Shown here: positions 57,336-64,000 of the stretch, piece after piece
Numbering within the stretch: position 1 is the first letter of the stretch
Layout: every line of letters begins with the position of its first letter
NCBI GenBank assembly: GCA_023150835.1
Contig: JAKLKB010000035.1
Span: 1-64,000 of the forward strand
Length of the DNA stretch: 64,000 bases
Origin: Myxococcota bacterium
Lineage (GTDB): Bacteria; Myxococcota_C; UBA6777
Direction: 5' to 3'
Notes under the pieces: model-generated
Seen by the model: only the letters and a program-made list of their open reading frames with translations
What the model was told of the DNA's origin: nothing
Database searches by the model: none
Program-made: the position numbers and the translations under genes

Positions 57336-58103
57336 ATGGGTTTTTGGAAGCGGTTGGTTCGGGTGGTGAAGGCGAATCTCGGTAGTCTCTTGTCCAAGGC
57401 AGAAGAGCCAGAAAAGATGTTGGAGCAGTTGGTGGAAGAGATGCGCGAACAGCTCCAAGAAGCCAAGCGTCAAGTCGCGTTGGCGATCGGGGATGAGAAA
57501 CGCTTGCACAAGCAATGGATGGAAGAAGACAAGCAAGCCGAAACGCGGGAAAGCCAAGCGATGCGCGCTTTGCAAGTGGGCGACGAAGAGCTGGCAAAAG
57601 CGGCGCTATTGCGGAAAAAACAGCACGAAGAGTTAGCGCGTGAGTATCAAAAGCAGTGGGAGATCCAAAAAGAGGCGGTCGAAAAGCTCAAGACCGCGCT
57701 GCATGCGCTCAATCAGAAGATCGAAGAAGCCGCTCGCAAAAAAACGCTGTTGCTTGCACGCAAACAGCGGGCGGAAGCCCAACAAACCGTTCAACAAACG
57801 GTGACGGGTTTGAGCGATCAATCGGCGTTTGAGACCTTCGATCGGATGGCCGAAAAGATCGATGTGCTGGAGGCGCAAGTTGAAGCCAACCACGAATTGA
57901 GCATGGAGATCCAATCGCAAGATCTGGATGCGCGTTTTCGCAAGTTGGAAAGCCAACATCCCGATGTCGACGATGCGTTGGCTGCATTGAAAGCCAAGAT
58001 GGCTGCAAGCCCCAAAGCGGCCGCAAAAGAGCCTGTCCAAGAAACCGCCAAAGAGGCGGTCAAAGAAAAAGAGCGGGTAATGCGGGACGAAGAACGCTGG
58101 TGA
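57336..58103 (+). CDS. pspA: PspA/IM30 family protein
   Basis: MGFWKRLVRVVKAN...AEEPEKMLEQ...GDEELAKAAL...FDRMAEKI; GAGGGAG RBS. Confidence 0.92.
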   Translation: MGFWKRLVRVVKANLGSLLSKAEEPEKMLEQLVEEMREQLQEAKRQVALAIGDEKRLHKQWMEEDKQAETRESQAMRALQVGDEELAKAALLRKKQHEELAREYQKQWEIQKEAVEKLKTALHALNQKIEEAARKKTLLLARKQRAEAQQTVQQTVTGLSDQSAFETFDRMAEKIDVLEAQVEANHELSMEIQSQDLDARFRKLESQHPDVDDALAALKAKMAASPKAAAKEPVQETAKEAVKEKERVMRDEERW

Positions 58104-58183
58104 GGTGATACGGGGCGAAGAACGCTGGTGAGGTGATACGGGGCGAAGAACGCTGGTGAGGTGATACGGGGCGAAGAACGCTG
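58083..58183. repeat. 28-bp tandem repeat (~3.6 copies) duplicating the pspA stop region
   Basis: CGGGGCGAAGAACGCTGGTGAGGTGATA units. Confidence 0.9.
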
Positions 58184-58193
58184 ATGGTACGAG

Positions 58194-58245
58194 ATCCGCC
58201 CGTTGTGTGAGCGCAAAACGTAGAGGCAGCCCCCTGTGGCGGCCC
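58194..58245 (+). repeat. Extended GTAG REP copy
   Basis: ATCCGCCCGTTGTGTGAGCG-N6-GTAGAGGCAGCCCCCTGTGGCGGCCC. Confidence 0.8.
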
Positions 58246-58367
58246 AAATACAGGGCTGCTACAGCAAATCGTGCCGACGTTTGGGGATGTTGTGAAGAGG
58301 CAGGGGGGAGTGCGGAGGAAGCGTTGATCGACCTGTTGAATCGGGGTTATTTGTACGCCGTCCAAAG

Positions 58368-60749
58368 TTAGGCTTCTGCGGAGGAAGCGTTGATCTCGTC
58401 GTTGTTGTTGGTGGTGGATTCCGAAGAGATATCGCGTTCGAGGACTTCTTCGAGGGCGAGCTGCATGTCGTCGACGAAGCTGAACTCCATTTCATCGCGG
58501 GCTTCGGCGGGGACTTCTTCGAGATCTTTTTGGTTCTTTTTGGGGAGGACGACTTTGCGGATGCCGGCGCGGTGGGCAGCGAGGACTTTTTCTTTGATCC
58601 CGCCGACAGGAAGGACGCGACCGCGCAGAGTGATCTCGCCCGTCATGGCGACATCTCCGCGCACACGGCGGCCTGTGATCAGAGAGATGATCGCGGAAAG
58701 CATCGCAACACCGGCGCTAGGGCCTTCTTTGGGGATGGCACCAGCGGGGACGTGGATATGGATATCCCACGCTTTGTGGAAGTCGGCGGGGACACCGAGT
58801 TCTTTGGTGTTGGAGCGGATGTAAGCGAGTGCGGCTTCCGCAGATTCTTTCATGACTTCGCCGAGTTTGCCTGTGAGCGAGAGCTTGCCTGAACCGGGCA
58901 TACGGGTGGCTTCGATGAAGAGGAGATCGCCCCCTGTGGGGGTCCATGCGAGGCCGGTGGCGACACCGGGCATACGGGTGAGTTCGGCGGCTTCGGGGAA
59001 GAACTTGACTTGGCCGAGGTAGTCGCCGACTTGTTCGGTATCGATCTGATGGCCGGAATCATCGCCTTTTGCGACTTCGACAGCGATCTTGCGACAAACG
59101 GAGCGGATCTCTCGTTCGAGTTGACGGACGCCTGCTTCGCGGGTGTAGCTTTCGACGATGTGCTTGATGGCTTCGTCGGTGATCTCGGCGTGTTTTTCTT
59201 TGAGTCCGTGATCTTTGACTTGTTTGGGGACAAGGTGATCGGTGGCGATGTGGAGTTTTTCTTGCCACGTGTAACCAGAGAGTTCGATGATCTCCATCCG
59301 ATCGCGCAAAGCGGGCTGGATGGGGTCGAGTTGGTTGGCGGTACAGATAAAGAACACGTTCGAGAGATCGTAGGAGACTTCAAGATAGTGATCGGAGAAA
59401 GCGTTGTTTTGCTCGGGGTCAAGGACTTCGAGCAGGGCGGAGGATGGGTCGCCTCGGTAGCTGGTGCCGAGTTTATCGATCTCGTCGAGGATAAAGACGG
59501 GATTGATGGTTCCGGCCTTGCGCATACCTTGGACGATACGTCCGGGTAGAGCGCCGACATAGGTGCGGCGGTGTCCTCGGATCTCGGCTTCATCGCGCAC
59601 ACCTCCGAGGGAGATGCGGATGAATTCGCGTCCGAGGGCGCGGGCGATCGAGCGACCAAGGGAGGTTTTTCCGACGCCGGGGGGGCCTGAGAAGCAAAGG
59701 ATGGGGCCTTTTTTCTCTGGGTTGAGTTTGCGGACGGCGAGGTGTTCGATGATGCGTTGTTTGATCTTGTCGAGTCCGTAGTGATCTTCGTTGAGGATCT
59801 CGTTGACGCGATCGAGGTTGAGGTTGTCTTCGGTGGCTTTGGTCCAAGGGAGGTTGGAGAGCCATTCGAGGTAGGTCTTGGCGACCATGTATTCGGCTTG
59901 TGCGGGGTTCATGGCGCGCAAGCGGTTGAGTTCACGATCGGCCATCTCACGGGCTTCTTCGGGGAGTTCGGCATCTTTGAGTTTTTTCTCAAGGGTTTCG
60001 ATATCAGCGGTCTTGTAATCGTCTTCGCCGAGTTCTTTTTGGATGGCTTTGAGTTGTTGGCGAAGAATGGTTTCGCGCTGGCTTTTGGCGACATCATCGC
60101 GCAGATGGTTTTCGATCTCTTTGCGCACCGACAGGACTTCTTTGATGCGACTGAGCATCTCGAGTGTGGTATCGAGGCGTTCTTTGAGATCGAAGGTGCT
60201 GAGGATCTTCATCTTGTCATCGAGAGAGATGTCGAGCGTCGAAGCGATCATATCGGCGAGTTGGCCGGGTTCTTTGATCTCGGAGAGCATTTTTTCTGCG
60301 CCGCGTGGAAGTTCGGGCGTCAGTTTGATCACTTCGCGGGCGACTTTGCGCAGCGTTTGATCGAGGGCGCTGAGTTGGAGGTCTTCTTTATCGCTTTGAT
60401 CGTTGATGGTGGTGACTTCGGAGATCCAGTAGGGGTCATCGGTGAGGATGCGTTCCAAGACGATGCGTTGGATACCTTGGACCATCAAGCTGTAGGTGTT
60501 GCGGCCCGTTTTTTGGATCTTGAGGATGCGGGCAAGGGTCCCGATGCGGTAGAGATCTTCTTCGCTGGGGTCTTCGATCTCTGGGTCTTTTTGGGTGACG
60601 ATCGCAAGCAGTGTCTCGGTGGGATCGGCTGCTTTAATCAAGGCGATCGACTTGGGACGCCCGACATTCAGGGTAATCACACCGCCGGGGAAAAAGACTC
60701 CGTTGCGTAAGGGGAGCAGCGGTAGTGATTGCTGGCTTTCTATGGACAT
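58368..60749 (-). CDS. lon: ATP-dependent Lon protease
   Basis: GPPGVGKTS, GHRRTYVGA, LDEIDK, PKEGPSAG, GGIKEK; AGGAG RBS. Confidence 0.96.
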   Translation of the reverse strand: MSIESQQSLPLLPLRNGVFFPGGVITLNVGRPKSIALIKAADPTETLLAIVTQKDPEIEDPSEEDLYRIGTLARILKIQKTGRNTYSLMVQGIQRIVLERILTDDPYWISEVTTINDQSDKEDLQLSALDQTLRKVAREVIKLTPELPRGAEKMLSEIKEPGQLADMIASTLDISLDDKMKILSTFDLKERLDTTLEMLSRIKEVLSVRKEIENHLRDDVAKSQRETILRQQLKAIQKELGEDDYKTADIETLEKKLKDAELPEEAREMADRELNRLRAMNPAQAEYMVAKTYLEWLSNLPWTKATEDNLNLDRVNEILNEDHYGLDKIKQRIIEHLAVRKLNPEKKGPILCFSGPPGVGKTSLGRSIARALGREFIRISLGGVRDEAEIRGHRRTYVGALPGRIVQGMRKAGTINPVFILDEIDKLGTSYRGDPSSALLEVLDPEQNNAFSDHYLEVSYDLSNVFFICTANQLDPIQPALRDRMEIIELSGYTWQEKLHIATDHLVPKQVKDHGLKEKHAEITDEAIKHIVESYTREAGVRQLEREIRSVCRKIAVEVAKGDDSGHQIDTEQVGDYLGQVKFFPEAAELTRMPGVATGLAWTPTGGDLLFIEATRMPGSGKLSLTGKLGEVMKESAEAALAYIRSNTKELGVPADFHKAWDIHIHVPAGAIPKEGPSAGVAMLSAIISLITGRRVRGDVAMTGEITLRGRVLPVGGIKEKVLAAHRAGIRKVVLPKKNQKDLEEVPAEARDEMEFSFVDDMQLALEEVLERDISSESTTNNNDEINASSAEA

Positions 60750-60990
60750 GCGATGGACTCCTTCTTGGACGATGATGTATCGCAGCTCAGGTACCGTATG
60801 ATTCCATAATCATGGCTGTACGGGCCAAATGAGAGACTTTGTTTGGGTGGTGGTTTTGTGGTGGTTCGTTCTTTCGGTGTTTTGTTTGCGAAGCGGGGTG
60901 GCGCTTCGTTGGGTTGTGTGGCTCCGTGAGGAGCCTAAGATCGGGCGCAAACACAACATCACCAAAAAAACAGCCCTTGTATCGGCTAGA

Positions 60991-61064
60991 AGCATAGTAC
61001 CGAGGGAGGGGGGTGTCAAGAAAAGCAATCCGACCATCATAGAAGGCTTCGCGACGCGCTGCAA
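60991..61064 (-). promoter_or_regulatory. Two tandem sigma70-like promoters upstream of lon
   Basis: TTGACA (61019-61014)-17 nt-TATGCT (60996-60991) and TTGCAG (61064-61059)-17 nt-TATGAT (61041-61036). Confidence 0.65.
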
Positions 61065-61261
61065 GCCTTTTTTTTGGGCAGGTTGTCTCTGCGCTTGCCT
61101 AGGATGCCGAGGGAGAGCTTTTGGTTGCGTTTTTGGGTGTCAAGGGAGCCGCGCTAAGGTTGTGTGTGGGCAGCGCCCCACAAAAGCCGAGAGAGGCAGA
61201 AGTTCTAAACAAGATAGGAGTTACGCAGTTGAAGAGGGAAAGCGTGAAGAATCAACCCGTT

Positions 61262-61285
61262 GTAGGGGCAGTTCGCGAACCGCCC
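61262..61285 (+). repeat. GTAG REP-like palindrome of a second class
   Basis: GTAGGGGCAGTTCGCGAACCGCCC. Confidence 0.6.
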
Positions 61286-61337
61286 GCGCCCTGACATGGG
61301 CCTTTTTCGTATCGAACTGCGTAAGTTCCAAACAAGA

Positions 61338-63941
61338 TCAAGGAGGCAAGAACGCGGATGGCGTTTGATGAAAATGTCGGAGTGCGCGCATGACTTCGTT
61401 TGTGGGGGCGATCAGACGGGGGCTTTCGGGGGGGAGTGCATCGAGAAAGACACTGCCATAACTTTTTTCGACGACGCGATTGTCGAGGATCAAGACGGTC
61501 CCTCGGTCTTGTTTACTTCGGATCAGTCGGCCAAAACCTTGTTTGAATTTGATGGTGGCGGAGGGTACGGTGTAGCGCAAGAAAGAGTTTTCACCTCGGC
61601 TTTCAAGGGCTTCGACACGCGCTTCGATCAGAGGATCGGAGGGGACGCGAAAGGGCAGGCGTGTGAGGATCACGTTGCACAGGGCGCGGCCTTGGACGTC
61701 GACGCCTTCCCAAAAAGAGTCTGTGCCGAACAACACGCTGCGTTCTTCTTCGATCTTGCGTTGAAGCAAGATGTGACGGGGCATTTGGCCTTGACACAGC
61801 GAGCGGATATCGAGGCGTTCGAGGCGGGGAGCAAGGCGTTCGTAGAGAAAGCGCAAGAGTCCGAAAGATGTACAAAGCACAAATGCCCGACCATCCGAGA
61901 TCTCAAGTGATCGAAAGATGATCTCGCAGATCGCGTCTCGGAATTGTGGTGCATTGGGGCCGGGCAGATCGGTGGGTATCCCGATCAGGCTTTGCGTGGC
62001 GTAGTCAAAGGGAGACGGAAACATATCGCTAAACACCCGACTATCGGGAAGGTCTTGCATACCGAGGCGCTGTTGGAGGAAAGAAAAGTCTTTTTGTCCG
62101 GTGGTGAGCGTGGCCGAAGTGAGGGCGATCGTGCCAAAGTGATCGTAAAGCATCTTGCTGAGGGGGGCTGCGACTTCGAGGGGGGCTGCTTGGAGGCGCA
62201 AGCGCCCATCGGCTTGGGTTTGGGCTTCAAACCATCGCACCAAGACGGCCTCGTCTTCGGCGTTTGGGTTGCTTTCGTCGGTCTCATCCTCCGAAAAAAA
62301 CAGATCGAGCGAGGCGGCTGCGTTGCCGAGGCGATTGACCGCAGCGCCGATCTCCATCAAGGGGCTGCTCAGGTCTTTTTCGATGACCTTGGCTTGGTCT
62401 TCGACGTCGGCGGCAAACTTCATCAACCACTGCAACAGATCGCGGATCTGTTGGCCCCAACCAAGCCCCATCTCGCGGATATCTTGCCACGGGCCTTGTT
62501 TGCGAAACGACGGAGTGACGCGGACTTTGATCAGTTGTGGCGTGTTATTTTCTGCATCCACCAACAGGCTGCGGATGCGTTGCTCGATGCGAAGGGTGTT
62601 TTCGCGCAGTCGACGAACTTCGGGGATCAGCTTTTCAAACAGCGTCTGTTGGAGGGGGCCGACGCCTTTGATCTTGTGATGGTGTTCTTGAAGCAGGCCC
62701 CCGATCTGCCTCAACAGGCCGGTCTCTTCTTGTTTTTTGGTGCGCAGAAGTTTTCCGAGGCTTTGAAGCACACCAAAGGGGGTGATCTGAAAGCCCAAAA
62801 AGGCGCTTGCTGCGTCTTCGATATTGTGCGCTTCGTCCAGTACGATGCGGTGGTAAGGGGGCAACAGGGCGGGTGTATGGAAGTTTCCGCTGCTTTCGCG
62901 CAGGGCCAGATCCGCAAACAAGACGTGGTGGTTGGTCACGAGGATATCGGCGTCCGCTTGTTGGCGGCGAGCGATGTAGTAAAAGCAGCTTTTGTAATGT
63001 TCGCAGCGCATACGCTGACAAGCGTCACCGTCGGCTTGAAGGCGCGACCACAGCGCATCATCGGGCAAAAAGGATAGAGAGGACTTGTCGCCTGTGGTGG
63101 TGTTTTGCGCCCATTCATGGAGGCGATGGAGTTGCTTGCGTTGTTCTTCGTCTTGTTCGATCTGGAGTTCTGCGCCGACTTGGTGGACGCGACGGATGCA
63201 AAGGTAGTTGTTTCGGCCTTTGACGAGCGAGGCTGTGAAGGGGATATCGAGGACTTCTTGGAGGAAGGGGATGTCTTTGTAGAAGATCTGTTCTTGGAGG
63301 TTGATGGTTTTGGTGGAGACCACGACGCGCTCACGGTTGCGATGTGCCCAATAGACCGAGGGGATCAGATACGCGAGAGACTTTCCTGTGCCTGTACCTG
63401 CTTCGACCATGTAGAGGTGATCGTGGTTAAAGGCGCGCACCATCCCGCGCAACATGGCGATCTGTTCGTCGCGTTGCTCGTAGCGCGGAAGTTTTCGGGC
63501 CATCGGCCCTTTTGGACCAAGCAGTGCGGTGATCTCTTTTTCGTCGAGCGGAACGAGGCTTTCCGCTTCTTGCACGCCTTCAACGATCTGATGGGCGTGT
63601 TCTACTTGGTTATCGATCAGCAGATAGCCGATGCCCTTTTCGTCGAAGCGACGGGCGTATTCTTCGTCTTGTTGGGTAGGAAGCAGTTGAGCGTCTGCGT
63701 GGTTGTGAAGGACCACTTCGCCCGTTTTGGGCGTGGAAAACAGCAGCATCGGTGCGCGTGGGCCTTCCTTGCATACGGCCTTGACACGAGCGATCTTGCC
63801 GTTTTGGTCGAGCTGACCGACGAAATACGCCCCCGCTCCTTCGTTCTTTCGCAAGGCAGCCCGAAGTTTGGCGACCACTTCGTGGGTCATGTATTGATCG
63901 AGGGTCGGCAAGGCCATCTCCTTCGTCTGCTGTGGGGACAC
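61338..63941 (-). CDS. DinG/YoaA-family helicase with N-terminal JAB/MPN-like domain
   Basis: EAGTGTGKS, KGRNNYLC, Fe-S Cys residues (C...CQRMRCEHYKSC), DEAH, SATL, FWEGVD, QGFGRLIRS; N-terminal HNHxxxxLxPTxxD. Confidence 0.9.
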   Translation of the reverse strand: MSPQQTKEMALPTLDQYMTHEVVAKLRAALRKNEGAGAYFVGQLDQNGKIARVKAVCKEGPRAPMLLFSTPKTGEVVLHNHADAQLLPTQQDEEYARRFDEKGIGYLLIDNQVEHAHQIVEGVQEAESLVPLDEKEITALLGPKGPMARKLPRYEQRDEQIAMLRGMVRAFNHDHLYMVEAGTGTGKSLAYLIPSVYWAHRNRERVVVSTKTINLQEQIFYKDIPFLQEVLDIPFTASLVKGRNNYLCIRRVHQVGAELQIEQDEEQRKQLHRLHEWAQNTTTGDKSSLSFLPDDALWSRLQADGDACQRMRCEHYKSCFYYIARRQQADADILVTNHHVLFADLALRESSGNFHTPALLPPYHRIVLDEAHNIEDAASAFLGFQITPFGVLQSLGKLLRTKKQEETGLLRQIGGLLQEHHHKIKGVGPLQQTLFEKLIPEVRRLRENTLRIEQRIRSLLVDAENNTPQLIKVRVTPSFRKQGPWQDIREMGLGWGQQIRDLLQWLMKFAADVEDQAKVIEKDLSSPLMEIGAAVNRLGNAAASLDLFFSEDETDESNPNAEDEAVLVRWFEAQTQADGRLRLQAAPLEVAAPLSKMLYDHFGTIALTSATLTTGQKDFSFLQQRLGMQDLPDSRVFSDMFPSPFDYATQSLIGIPTDLPGPNAPQFRDAICEIIFRSLEISDGRAFVLCTSFGLLRFLYERLAPRLERLDIRSLCQGQMPRHILLQRKIEEERSVLFGTDSFWEGVDVQGRALCNVILTRLPFRVPSDPLIEARVEALESRGENSFLRYTVPSATIKFKQGFGRLIRSKQDRGTVLILDNRVVEKSYGSVFLDALPPESPRLIAPTNEVMRALRHFHQTPSAFLPP

Positions 63942-64000
63942 TTCGTGGGCGTTGTAGCAAAGGCTTGGGTTCTAGCGTGACAGCAGCGGCCATCTTGTGA

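Noticed and set aside
56795-58183. 20-bp and 28-bp arrays as CRISPR
   Set aside because: Contiguous tandem units without spacers.
61043-61075. AAGGCTT...AAGCCTT-T-run as an intrinsic terminator
   Set aside because: No supported plus-strand gene ends here; the sequence fits better as part of a minus-strand lon promoter.

Overview
GC-rich (about 55-60% by eye) bacterial chromosome segment. The gene content (PilT, FG-GAP surface lipoprotein, tricorn-type S41 protease, FGE-sulfatase and ABC1 proteins, large low-complexity tail-anchored proteins) points to Myxococcota/deltaproteobacteria; this is inference. I support about 38 CDS and see no rRNA, tRNA, transposase or CRISPR array. Main finding: a minus-strand RiPP-like cluster at 132-7447, probably truncated by the left edge. 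It has an HPr-kinase-like P-loop kinase, a stand-alone PqqD/RRE, a radical SAM/SPASM enzyme, a 1134-aa Ig/FG-GAP lipoprotein, a 60-aa precursor candidate (YxxP leader, 3 Cys, C-terminal Ser, strong RBS) and a soluble Ser/His S26 peptidase; an NTP_transf_5 nucleotidyltransferase lies 32 kb away. Other notable items: a 605-aa protein with an Arg/Asp-rich disordered region and two apparent Hfq/Sm-like domains; a plant-type ALDH12; an orphan EF-G lacking the domain IV translocation loops; a DprE1-like gene frameshifted inside a 9-bp VNTR; DnaQ-WYL and JAB-DinG fusions; two dispersed intergenic repeat families (a ~125-bp structured element x4 and an extended GTAG REP); and many tandem repeats. All family calls come from motifs recognised by eye; no searches were run.
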